Shown here one piece after another: positions 19,428-28,116 of a stretch of 64,000 nt of DNA. Within the stretch, counting starts at the first letter, position 1, and every line of letters starts with the position of its first letter. The position numbers and the translations under genes were made by a program. Below the pieces are notes generated by a model. It was not told where the DNA came from and did no database searches. It saw nothing but the letters and a program-made list of their open reading frames with translations. Source of the stretch: Candidatus Zhuqueibacterota bacterium (GTDB lineage Bacteria > Zhuqueibacterota > Zhuqueibacteria > Residuimicrobiales > Oceaniaggregativiventaceae); assembly GCA_014728085.1 (NCBI GenBank), contig WJMF01000164.1, positions 1,418 through 65,417 on the forward strand, in the 5' to 3' direction.

Positions 19428-20340
19428 GTTTTCTGTTTTCGGGCTTTGTTTTCCACCTTTTGTGCATCCAGAACCACTGATCAGGATATTCCAGGATATA
19501 TTTCTCCAATAATTTTGTATGGCGTTGTGTCAGTGTTTTTACTGTCTCTTGATTGAACGCTTTCAAATCATCTGTTTTAATTTTTTCAAAATAAATATGA
19601 TGGCGATTGTCATTTTTTCTCACAGTGATGCAAAAGACAATCTCTGCTTTTTGCTTTAGGGCAAAGACAGCCGGCCCTGTTGGTGTCGAAGAGGGTTGTC
19701 CCAGGAAATCGACGAAAACGCCATCCTCATGAGCGTCCTGATCTGCAAGCAGAAGGATAATTTGATTCTGTTTTAGTGCCTGAAGCACGCTTCGCACAGA
19801 TACACCCAGCTTGATAAGGGTTATGCCCTTGGACTCTCGGGTATTTCTAATCAAGCGATCAACCAGGGCATTGCTTTGCGGTTTAGCTACGGCCTGAATG
19901 GGAAAATTTTCGCCGGCAATAGCTGCGCACATGAATTCCCAGTTGTCGAAATGCCCGCTGACGCATAGGGTACCTCTGTTTTTTTTTATGGCCTGATATA
20001 AAACGTCTGGTTGATGAAAAGCAATTCGATTCCCGAGTTGTTCTTTGGTCATTTGCTCTAGTCGGATGAATTCAAATATCGTTTTGGAAAAATTTTGATA
20101 GGCCTTTAGTGCAATCTGTTGTAACTCTTTTTTGGATTTTTGTGGAAAAGCACGGGATAAATTTAGAAGAGATGTCTTTCGGCGAACGGGTATAAAATGA
20201 AAAACAAACCAGCCGAGTTGCTCCGCACTTGTAAGGGCCCGGGGTTCTGATAACATTCTGATCGGTTTGATAACCAATAGAACAAAAATGTATTCAATAA
20301 AATGTTTGATTTTTTTATGCGTTTTCATCTGCATTATCAA
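19414..20340 (-). CDS. lpxL: Lipid A biosynthesis lauroyl/myristoyl acyltransferase (LpxL/HtrB family)
   Basis: 308 aa with N-terminal TM. H(X)4E acyltransferase motif SGHFDNWE. Family-typical length. Confidence 0.8.
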   Translation of the reverse strand: MIMQMKTHKKIKHFIEYIFVLLVIKPIRMLSEPRALTSAEQLGWFVFHFIPVRRKTSLLNLSRAFPQKSKKELQQIALKAYQNFSKTIFEFIRLEQMTKEQLGNRIAFHQPDVLYQAIKKNRGTLCVSGHFDNWEFMCAAIAGENFPIQAVAKPQSNALVDRLIRNTRESKGITLIKLGVSVRSVLQALKQNQIILLLADQDAHEDGVFVDFLGQPSSTPTGPAVFALKQKAEIVFCITVRKNDNRHHIYFEKIKTDDLKAFNQETVKTLTQRHTKLLEKYILEYPDQWFWMHKRWKTKPENRKHEHQ

Positions 20341-20461
20341 CCGGTATTCTTTCTGAACAAGGTGCCAGGGATGATGACAGTTGAGTTGAAAAATATGATT
20401 TTAAACTGCTGAATGACAATAACAATAAAAATAAGCAAATATTATTATAATATCAATATGG

Positions 20462-21406
20462 TTATTCCTCTTCTTCAACGTATGTCTCTTTTTCCCAGGT
20501 CTTTATTTTTTTTCTATTGCGTAGCCAGACGAGCGGAATGGCGATCAAAAAAAGCAAAATAAACAAAAGGCCCAGATAATTCTGAATATCATAGAGCCAT
20601 AGCCAGCGGTAGTTTTGGCGTACATAATTCTGCCATTCCTTTTCAAAGGCTGCAAAATTGCTACCGGTGGCATGCAGGAAGATTTTGTCCATGTTCTCGT
20701 TGTTTCGCAAACCTGTCAGTATTTTCTGAATGGCATCTATATCATAGGTCTTTAAAATATATTCAACAACACTAAAACTCTGCTGATAAGCGAGTTCTGC
20801 TTTAAAACGATGAAACGAGATCACATCATCGAGCTCCCGCAATGGAATAAGAGAGTTGGTAAAGACAGCTTTGGAGAGTGCGGTCATGGTTTTCCACTTG
20901 ACATCTCTCGAGTAAAACAGCGCAAGTCCTTCATCAAGCCATCTGGGGATATAGCGATTACCGATAACTTTATGCAAGACGACGTGCAGTATCTCATGCG
21001 CCAGTGTGATTTTTACACTGGTTTCACTTCTATTCCACCGTGGTGATTTTAACAGAATAGTGTTTACGGCGGGAAAGGCAAACGCTTCTGCCCAATTGGG
21101 AGGATCTCCTCTAAGGTAAGAGCGGAACTGATCTCGATTGGCTGCAATTATTACCTTCACCGTATCTTTTTGCTCGACCTGTAAATCATAGGCTATTTCC
21201 TGATACAAGATTTGGCAATGGTTGAGTGTTTGTTTGGCATAAAGAGAATCAATTGGGGCGTAAAAGACGTTAATATATCCCTTACTCGCCGTGTTGAGAG
21301 GAGGAATCCGGGGTTGGGCGAATCCACATTGAATCGCGATGTGGAGAAAAAAAAGTAATCTGATAGCGACTTTCATAGACAATTCCGTTATAGAATTTGA
21401 TTGCAA
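20462..21406 (-). CDS. Putative membrane-anchored zinc metallopeptidase (HExxH...E, peptidase_MA-like)
   Basis: Signal peptide (likely start MKVAIRLL). HEILH followed 19 aa later by DEGLA (gluzincin-like third ligand). Single C-terminal TM helix and acidic tail. Confidence 0.6.
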   Translation of the reverse strand: MQSNSITELSMKVAIRLLFFLHIAIQCGFAQPRIPPLNTASKGYINVFYAPIDSLYAKQTLNHCQILYQEIAYDLQVEQKDTVKVIIAANRDQFRSYLRGDPPNWAEAFAFPAVNTILLKSPRWNRSETSVKITLAHEILHVVLHKVIGNRYIPRWLDEGLALFYSRDVKWKTMTALSKAVFTNSLIPLRELDDVISFHRFKAELAYQQSFSVVEYILKTYDIDAIQKILTGLRNNENMDKIFLHATGSNFAAFEKEWQNYVRQNYRWLWLYDIQNYLGLLFILLFLIAIPLVWLRNRKKIKTWEKETYVEEEE

Positions 21407-21476
21407 AAGTATTTAAACGGGCAATGATTAAAGCGGGGCTGGGAACAATGGACATGAAACCGTCGTCATCAAAGGA

Positions 21477-22574
21477 TTAATTGTTATTTTTAACTTGTAA
21501 TAGATCTTTGGGAATACGGTTGATATTTTTTTTTGAGGTTTTTATAACAAGTGATGACGGTAATATTTTTTTTCGTCCGAGGTTTAGCAATGATGCAACC
21601 GGATTATGGATGATCTGTTTATCTTTGTTTTCTAACGTTGCGGATTGCTTTTGCTGTATATCGGGTTCTATCAGTACATTTTCATCCAGCAGAGTTTTAA
21701 TTTGACGCAGAGCGGTTAACGCATCGGTGTCACAAGACATAACACCATTAAAAATGGTTTTGGGTTTCCGGAAGGATCCGGCCAGGGTTTTTCCATCTAC
21801 GGCGTTTCTCAGGTCTTTTCGCAATTGTAAAAGATCGGATTTTTGTACCGGTATTGTATTTGCAAGGTTTTTCCAGAGGTCTGCTCTTTTCGAATGTTCT
21901 TTTACCAGATGGTTGTACGAGTATTCAATTTTTGCCGAAAGCATTGTGTTGGTGAAATGCAGCTTAAATGACCCTTCTGACCAAAGAACAAGCTTATACA
22001 AAGCGGTCAGGGGATCGAAATCATATAACCCTGCATTTACAACGATTCCCTTATTGACTGTTATTTTTCCTTCTAATTGTTCCTGTACCAAACGGATGAT
22101 ACCGCAGTTGCCGCCGATTTCAAACAGTTGTACCAGATCAAATATATTCATGTTTCTCAGACTGCCACTGCAATTGTCGCTGGAGGGTACCGCCCTGTGC
22201 ACTTTTTCAGATTTTTCTGATAATATCAACTCAATTCTGGCGACCAATTCTTCTGTATAAAATGGTTTTGAGATAAAGTCATCGACATTGAGCGACATAA
22301 TCCTGATTTTGCTTTCTTGTGCGACTTTTTTGGCCGTGGCTATCAATGGAACCGTATGCAGGCGGGGATGGCTCTTGATCTCTTTAATGAGACCGATGCC
22401 ACAATAGGATGGATCAAAAACAATCAAATCAGGTTGTATGTTGTGCAGGGCGGATATAATATTGTTTTTTTCCATTACTGAAACTTCAAAGCCGTTGTTG
22501 AACAGGGTCTCGAGCATTTTGCTTGTAATATTGTCGGCAAATGCGATAGTGATTTTGGGGTTGGTAAGGATCAT
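21477..22574 (-). CDS. Response-regulator receiver domain + DUF4388 (PATAN) domain protein
   Basis: REC features: ...AD, phospho-acceptor D in IVFDPSY, T in IATAKK, K in ISKPF. Then GSLRNMNIFDLVQLFEIGGNCGIIRLV, the DUF4388 signature. ATGA overlap with the upstream gene. Confidence 0.75.
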   Translation of the reverse strand: MILTNPKITIAFADNITSKMLETLFNNGFEVSVMEKNNIISALHNIQPDLIVFDPSYCGIGLIKEIKSHPRLHTVPLIATAKKVAQESKIRIMSLNVDDFISKPFYTEELVARIELILSEKSEKVHRAVPSSDNCSGSLRNMNIFDLVQLFEIGGNCGIIRLVQEQLEGKITVNKGIVVNAGLYDFDPLTALYKLVLWSEGSFKLHFTNTMLSAKIEYSYNHLVKEHSKRADLWKNLANTIPVQKSDLLQLRKDLRNAVDGKTLAGSFRKPKTIFNGVMSCDTDALTALRQIKTLLDENVLIEPDIQQKQSATLENKDKQIIHNPVASLLNLGRKKILPSSLVIKTSKKNINRIPKDLLQVKNNN

Positions 22575-24361
22575 TGTTTTTGCTGCCGTTTTGCGTAGGT
22601 TTTCAGAAGCGATTTTAAAATCGTTTTAATTTGATTTTTTTCAAGCTCAGCTATACTGTTCACTTGTTCGTGATTTTCCACATTCAGTTTTTTGCAGAGT
22701 CGATCGATGTTTGGCTCTTTGGCCGGATCTTGAGGCGATATAAAAGCGATCTGTACGGGAAATGAGTTTATTGTTTCTAGTGCTCTGAGAAGATATCTCA
22801 AATAATTGAAATTCGCCCTGGATTCATCTATAAGTAATAATATACCGATAAGAGAATCTTTCAAGCGTTCGATAACCGGGTCAAATTCTTTGCCAAGGGG
22901 TAATCCGAGAAGATTTAAGGAATATTTGTTTTTTATATTGATTACCCCACATGAAAATGGCGTTGAGTCTTTGGTATCTGATGGTTTTCGCGACACCGGT
23001 ACCAGTGTTTCTATAAACCGGGTACCAAGGTCAGGTTGATTGCTCAGAATCAGAATATGATTTTCCGATTTTGGGACAACAGAGGTTTTTTGGGGTTCGG
23101 CAGGCTGGATAATGGGATGAGGCTCTTCCTCATGTTGCTCTGGTACTTTGAGCAGCTCGTCCGCAGGATGAGGTGATTTTTCCGGCGGATAAACCATGCC
23201 GGAATCCTTTTTTTCGGTATTTTCGAGTTGCCAGTCATCTTCTTCAGCTGCTTGGCGGAAGATTGAAAACGGATCATTATCCATGTCGGAAAAATTTTCA
23301 GAATCCAGAACCGGGTATTCAGGGATTTCGCTTTTTGATCCCGTTTCCTCAACGATATCGGCCGTATCTGTGTCGGGAGCGGATTCTGGTTCGACAGATG
23401 AATCCTTTGGAACGTACAGAAATCCAAGATCGTATAATTTAACGATTCGTTTGAGCAAGTTAATTTCATCCATCTCGCTTTTCTGGAGTATTTTTTTCAA
23501 TGTTTTATGACCGTCAAACAGATTGACAAAATGCTCCAACTCTGGTTCCATTTCCTGACTGGAGACAATTTTTTGAAAATTTGTCGTTGTCATAAGGACT
23601 GCATCAAGAGGAGGAAGCTGGTGCAAAAGTTTTTGACGTTCATCCATTATCTTTGCTCCCTGAAGTAATAATCCTAAATTGCCTATTCTGATTTCATCGG
23701 GTTCTTCGACCGGATGAAAATCCATTGCGAAATGCCCCTGTTGCCAGGACATCATTTTATAAATTGCGTCTTCGGCTGCCAATTTGTGGAAACGAGCTGA
23801 GATCACCACTCCATTGCTGAAAAGAATACGGCCATTTGAACCGTTTTGTGACAGAGAGAGCGTTCCGGACTTTTTTTGAATTCCAAAGGTTTCGATGAGC
23901 TGAACGAGTTTCAGATTTTCGAGATTGCCCGAGAATTTTTGCTCCGTTTTTTCAAGCCTTCTGAGAATCATCTTGGTGCGGGCCACGATTTCTCTGGCGT
24001 GAATGGGTTTAACGATATAATCTTTCGCCCCGAGTTTCAAGCTTTTTTGTTTGTGCCAGATATCGCTTTTTTTTGTCAAGAACAGAACGGCCGGTTTGGG
24101 TGTACGGGTCACTTTTTGTACTTTTGATAGAATTTTATATCCATCGACCCCTTCAGCATCGATTTCAGTCAACACAGCGTCGTAACGATGGTGCTCAATT
24201 TTTTCGAATGCTTGCGCGTTTGAAGAGACCTGGTCGATGTTGATATTCGAACGAAAAAAATGGTCTGAAAGCATATCCAAATTATTGCTATCAACGTCGA
24301 CAAGGAGTACGTGTTTTTTGTTCATTTTAATCCTGAAAGGGAATCGTTGCCAGCCACTCAC
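22571..24361 (-). CDS. Response-regulator receiver + DUF4388 (PATAN) + acidic/Pro-rich linker + uncharacterised C-terminal domain
   Basis: Likely start MNKKHVLLVDVD (24325). REC acceptor D in VLTEIDAEGVDG and K in DYIVKP. DUF4388 signature GNLENLKLVQLIETFGIQKKSGTLSL. E/D/P-rich linker. About 130-aa C-terminal alpha/beta domain (LLLIDESRANF...). Confidence 0.75.
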   Translation of the reverse strand: MSGWQRFPFRIKMNKKHVLLVDVDSNNLDMLSDHFFRSNINIDQVSSNAQAFEKIEHHRYDAVLTEIDAEGVDGYKILSKVQKVTRTPKPAVLFLTKKSDIWHKQKSLKLGAKDYIVKPIHAREIVARTKMILRRLEKTEQKFSGNLENLKLVQLIETFGIQKKSGTLSLSQNGSNGRILFSNGVVISARFHKLAAEDAIYKMMSWQQGHFAMDFHPVEEPDEIRIGNLGLLLQGAKIMDERQKLLHQLPPLDAVLMTTTNFQKIVSSQEMEPELEHFVNLFDGHKTLKKILQKSEMDEINLLKRIVKLYDLGFLYVPKDSSVEPESAPDTDTADIVEETGSKSEIPEYPVLDSENFSDMDNDPFSIFRQAAEEDDWQLENTEKKDSGMVYPPEKSPHPADELLKVPEQHEEEPHPIIQPAEPQKTSVVPKSENHILILSNQPDLGTRFIETLVPVSRKPSDTKDSTPFSCGVINIKNKYSLNLLGLPLGKEFDPVIERLKDSLIGILLLIDESRANFNYLRYLLRALETINSFPVQIAFISPQDPAKEPNIDRLCKKLNVENHEQVNSIAELEKNQIKTILKSLLKTYAKRQQKQ

Positions 24362-24467
24362 TTATAAAAGCTTATTCTTTATCCCTCCGCTCAGAAAACG
24401 GACAAGAATGTGATTATTTTAAAATTATTTAAAATTTATCGCTCTGTCAAGTTATTTCTGACTAAAA

Positions 24468-24500
24468 GGGCCGGATGAGTGCTCGTCCGGCCTTTTTTTT
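24468..24500. terminator. Rho-independent terminator (11-bp GC-rich stem including one G:U pair, then T8 on the plus strand)
   Basis: GGGCCGGATGAG-TG-CTCGTCCGGCC followed by TTTTTTTT. Preceded by AAAAG, so it can act bidirectionally. Lies between the zf gene stop (24512) and the REC-DUF4388 gene start. Confidence 0.7.
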
Positions 24501-24511
24501 GGAAGACAAAA

Positions 24512-25171
24512 TCAGGTTTCCCAGAGGATCCCCTTTAATATTTTTTCAAAAGAGGTTTCTGTTTCTGTGGCAGGTCCCTTGTGCAAATATAAAATCTGTT
24601 CGTGCAAATCTGATACGCTAATATAAGGGATGTGAGCAGCTCCTATGCTGTTGAAAGATACGCGTTGGATTGTCGGAAAATCTATCGATACACGGCTGTA
24701 ATCAATAGGGGTCGGATTCCACAAATATACCAGATTCGATTTTTGTTCAAAATCGGTGATAAACCGCAGAATAATTTTGTCTCTGGGCGTTTGTGCGAGG
24801 TTGTATTCAAATAGTTTGGAACGACCCTTTTCTCCCTGTGCTGTGAAGAGCAGGCGCAAGCGATAGGGATCACCATGTCCCAGCATTTTCGGGCCCTGAG
24901 GATCGCAAATAAAGAGGCTGAACAGGGACTGATTTGCATGCAATGATTTTGCAAAACTCAGAACGCGATTTGATATCGGCTTGTTCAATTCGCGGGCCAG
25001 AATATGATAGAAGAGTTGATACTTGCGGGCTTTGTTGCGACAATCCGGGCAGTTTGCCAAGTGTTCCTTGAGTTGCTTTGAATTTCCATCAGCATGTCCG
25101 ATAAGAGAATACATTTCAAGATGTGTTTTTTGCGGACATGTTTGCTTGATTTCATTCATAATTCGATTCAA
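24512..25171 (-). CDS. zf-HC2 (putative anti-sigma factor-type zinc finger) protein
   Basis: N-terminal HLANCPDCRNKARKY fits the H-x3-C-x2-C zf-HC2 motif of anti-sigma factors. 219 aa, no obvious TM. Confidence 0.55.
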   Translation of the reverse strand: MNRIMNEIKQTCPQKTHLEMYSLIGHADGNSKQLKEHLANCPDCRNKARKYQLFYHILARELNKPISNRVLSFAKSLHANQSLFSLFICDPQGPKMLGHGDPYRLRLLFTAQGEKGRSKLFEYNLAQTPRDKIILRFITDFEQKSNLVYLWNPTPIDYSRVSIDFPTIQRVSFNSIGAAHIPYISVSDLHEQILYLHKGPATETETSFEKILKGILWET

Positions 25172-25263
25172 TCATTTTGTTCGACCACTCTGGCGTAACA
25201 AAGTGTTACACTCAATTACTTTTATGTAACATACAAGCAAACAGTCTGATTTACGGAAAAAAA

Positions 25264-26349
25264 TTACAATAGTTCTTTAAGGTGTTTGCGAAATTCCCGC
25301 TTGGCTACTTTGGCGAGGTATTCAAAAATTGAGCGCTCTTTGGTGCGATAATCTTGTTGGCTCAAGTGGGGCATATAATATCTGAGGTTTCTAAAATAGG
25401 AGGAACTATCTTTTTTTTGAATGAGGTCATACAAAACATCGCAAAGCGCGTTGGAATATATTTGCGCTTTGTCGTGCTTGAGTTTACCGGTACGAAGATA
25501 CTGCGAGTCAATTTTCTGGTTTACTTTTATCATTACCACGTGAACATAATTTTCAATCTCTTTCAGTTCTATCGTATCCTGCGGTGTCGGAACATGGTCA
25601 TCGGAAAGGATGCGCTCTTTGAACGTCTGGAATTTCATACTTCGCACCAGTTTGACAATAGTATCCAGGGCGATGAAATTTTGAAATTCTCTCAGTTCAT
25701 GCACATGTCTGAAAAGCTTTCGGATAGAGGTTGAAACTGAATCATTGGGATTATAGCTCTCTAAAAACCGTGAACTCAGCAAATCTTCGGGGATCGGGGG
25801 GTTTTGGCGCCGTATATATCTTTCGATTTGAGGGGTAATTTGAATATTATCGATTGGTATATTGTGTCCATTTGTATAGAACACATACTCTTTGCCCATG
25901 TCTTTAAACAGGCGCAGCGTGTCGGAATTCCGTACAGCCACCTTGATATTACGTACAATTTTTGCGCCTTCCGGATCTCTTTCGCGGAAGATCCTGGCCA
26001 GTTCTTGTTTGGTTTTTCGGACAATTAACCGCCGGGTTAAAACCAATATTTCAGCATCATTGAGGTCCGGCGTTTCGGAAAATTTTGTTTCATAATAACG
26101 TTTTAACTGTGGAAAGCAGTCGTTTTCATCACGACTGAAAAGCTCAGCAATACAATCGATAGCGAGGTCTTCAAGCTCCACGTCGGTATCGAGGCGTTCT
26201 CCGGTAATACGCTTTCCCAAAAGTTCCTGGAATTTGAGATAGCTGAGGGAGATTTTCTGGGACAGGTGAATGAATTGCATCAATTCGGTTTGATGATAGG
26301 TTCCGCTACAGATGTTGTGGACAAGTTCAGATAAGTTTGATATGCTCAT
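25264..26349 (-). CDS. Hypothetical protein (361 aa); possible highly divergent sigma-like partner of the downstream zf-HC2 protein
   Basis: No clear family. Weak resemblance to sigma region 2 (ELEDLAIDCIAELFSR...). Sits immediately upstream of the zf-HC2 gene on the same strand. Confidence 0.45.
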   Translation of the reverse strand: MSISNLSELVHNICSGTYHQTELMQFIHLSQKISLSYLKFQELLGKRITGERLDTDVELEDLAIDCIAELFSRDENDCFPQLKRYYETKFSETPDLNDAEILVLTRRLIVRKTKQELARIFRERDPEGAKIVRNIKVAVRNSDTLRLFKDMGKEYVFYTNGHNIPIDNIQITPQIERYIRRQNPPIPEDLLSSRFLESYNPNDSVSTSIRKLFRHVHELREFQNFIALDTIVKLVRSMKFQTFKERILSDDHVPTPQDTIELKEIENYVHVVMIKVNQKIDSQYLRTGKLKHDKAQIYSNALCDVLYDLIQKKDSSSYFRNLRYYMPHLSQQDYRTKERSIFEYLAKVAKREFRKHLKELL

Positions 26350-26589
26350 AATGCCGGCTACACTTTATTTAGTCTGCTTTTCATTTTCCCGCTCGACAAT
26401 TCGTGGGGATTCGCTGTTATGTTTTCGTGTTGCTCTGAATAACCTACGGGCCTGAAATAAAAGATACCGTCATAAAGAAGCAAATCATATACCAAACCGA
26501 GGCAAAACAATTTTGACATAAAGGTTTGTTTTTTTTGACTAAAAAAACAGGGAGGAACAACCCACACCTGTGAGAATTGCTTTACGGTG

Positions 26590-26618
26590 ATACACTGTCT
26601 CATCATGAGACAGTGTAT
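26590..26618. promoter_or_regulatory. Perfect 14-bp-arm palindrome (operator/UAS candidate or strong RNA hairpin)
   Basis: ATACACTGTCTCAT-C-ATGAGACAGTGTAT. It lies 5 nt downstream of the sigma-54 activator stop and about 240 nt upstream of the 25264..26349 gene start. Confidence 0.5.
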
Positions 26619-26622
26619 TGGG

Positions 26623-28005
26623 TTAGTTTTTTACCATGGGCAGGCCATATTTTTTGGCTTTCCGATAAATCGTAGCTCTGCCGATACCCAGTTTTTTGGC
26701 TGTTTTTGAGATATTGCCTTCGCATTCCAGCAGGGCTTGTCGCAAAGCTTGTTCTTCCAGTTTCTCTATCCATCCCGCCAGAGTTTTGTCCGATTCATAG
26801 ATTCGTTTTTCACCGAGAGCGCGAACCGCTGCCGGAAGATCGTTGGCAACAATTTCAGGGCCATTGGAGAGCACAACCGCTCTTTCAATAGCGTTTTCCA
26901 GCTCCCTGACATTTCCCGGCCAGTTATAGGCCATCATCAGTTCCAGGCCGTCGGCGGAAACACCCTCGATTTTTTTGTTTTCCTGAAGATTATATTTTCT
27001 GATAAAATGGGCAATCAGGGCCGGGATATCCTCTTTCCGCTCCCTCAGAGGAGGTAATTTTATCGGAAAAACGGAGATTCGGTAATAGAGATCTTCACGA
27101 AACTCGTCGTTTTTCATTGCTTCTTCTATATCCTTGTTGGTGGCTGAAATAACCCGCACCTCAACTTTGACCAATTCATTGCCGCCAACCCGTTCAAATT
27201 CCCGTTCCTGTAAAACCCTCAAGAGTTTTGACTGTGTTGCCGGACTCATAAGGCCGATTTCATCCAGGAAAATTGTGCCGCCGTTGGCCTGTTCGAATTT
27301 ACCGATACGTCTGGTCGTTGCGCCGGTAAAGGCTCCTTTTTCATGACCAAAGAGCTCGCTTTCCAGCAGCGATTCAGGAAGGGCGCTGCAATTGACAGCA
27401 ACGAATGGCTTGGCGCTGCGGCTGGAGGAGTGATGATGGATCGCTCTGGCAATCAGTTCCTTGCCGGTACCGCTTTCACCCTGTATTAAAACCGTAACAT
27501 TGCTGTCGACCACTTTTTCAACCGTTTTAAAAACATCCTGCATGCCACCGCACTGACCGATAATGTTTTCAAAAGCATATTTATTTTTCAATTCGGAACG
27601 CAACTCATCCACTTCTTTGCGGAGAGAGCTGTTCAGCAAGGCATTGTTTACGGTCACGATGAGACGATCGCGTTGAAATGGTTTGGTGAGAAAATCATAT
27701 GCTCCCAATTTCATCGACTGGACAGCCCGTTCTATGGTTCCATGAGCTGTCATCATGATAACCGGAATTCTCGAATCCATTTGTTTGATTTGTTTCAGAG
27801 TTTCCAGACCATCGATTCCGGGCATTTGTATATCGAGCAGAACCAGATCGGGGATGCTTTCCTTGAGAGAGTTCAAACACGCCTCACCGCTCAGGGCGGT
27901 TCTGATTTCATATTTTCCTTCTTTTCGAAGGCTGGCCTCGATCATTTTACCAATATTTTTGTCATCATCTACTACAAGAATTATGGGTTTTGGTAAATTT
28001 TGCAC
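26623..28005 (-). CDS. Sigma-54-dependent Fis-family response regulator (NtrC-type: REC + AAA+ + HTH)
   Basis: REC (VVDDD..., LLDIQMPGIDG, KLGAYDFLTKP). Walker A GESGTGKE. GAFTGA motif ESELFGHEKGAFTGA. C-terminal Fis HTH. GTG start with GGAGA SD. Confidence 0.92.
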   Translation of the reverse strand: MQNLPKPIILVVDDDKNIGKMIEASLRKEGKYEIRTALSGEACLNSLKESIPDLVLLDIQMPGIDGLETLKQIKQMDSRIPVIMMTAHGTIERAVQSMKLGAYDFLTKPFQRDRLIVTVNNALLNSSLRKEVDELRSELKNKYAFENIIGQCGGMQDVFKTVEKVVDSNVTVLIQGESGTGKELIARAIHHHSSSRSAKPFVAVNCSALPESLLESELFGHEKGAFTGATTRRIGKFEQANGGTIFLDEIGLMSPATQSKLLRVLQEREFERVGGNELVKVEVRVISATNKDIEEAMKNDEFREDLYYRISVFPIKLPPLRERKEDIPALIAHFIRKYNLQENKKIEGVSADGLELMMAYNWPGNVRELENAIERAVVLSNGPEIVANDLPAAVRALGEKRIYESDKTLAGWIEKLEEQALRQALLECEGNISKTAKKLGIGRATIYRKAKKYGLPMVKN

Positions 28006-28066
28006 TATATTCTCCAGTTAAAAAATGATCAATAATACCCTATTTCTTATTCTATCAATTAATTGT

Positions 28067-28094
28067 AAAAATATCAAGCAAATTTTGTATTGCA
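28067..28094 (-). promoter_or_regulatory. Putative sigma70-type promoter for the sigma-54 activator gene (TTGCAA-16 nt-TATTTT on minus strand)
   Basis: Minus-strand -35 TTGCAA (plus 28089-28094) and -10 TATTTT (plus 28067-28072), about 60 nt upstream of the GTG start. Confidence 0.25.
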
Positions 28095-28116
28095 ATGAAA
28101 CAGTTTATGGATTTGT

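Noticed and set aside
20370-20400. TGGCAC-like sigma-54 -24 element upstream of lpxL (minus-strand CTGGCACCTTGTTCAGAA).
   Set aside because: The -12 element is TCAG rather than TTGC/GC, so the promoter consensus is not met.
26358-26606. 82-aa minus-strand ORF in the intergenic region between the sigma-54 activator and the 361-aa gene.
   Set aside because: It overlaps the perfect palindrome and the A/T-rich promoter-like region. It has no RBS or motifs. More likely non-coding regulatory DNA.
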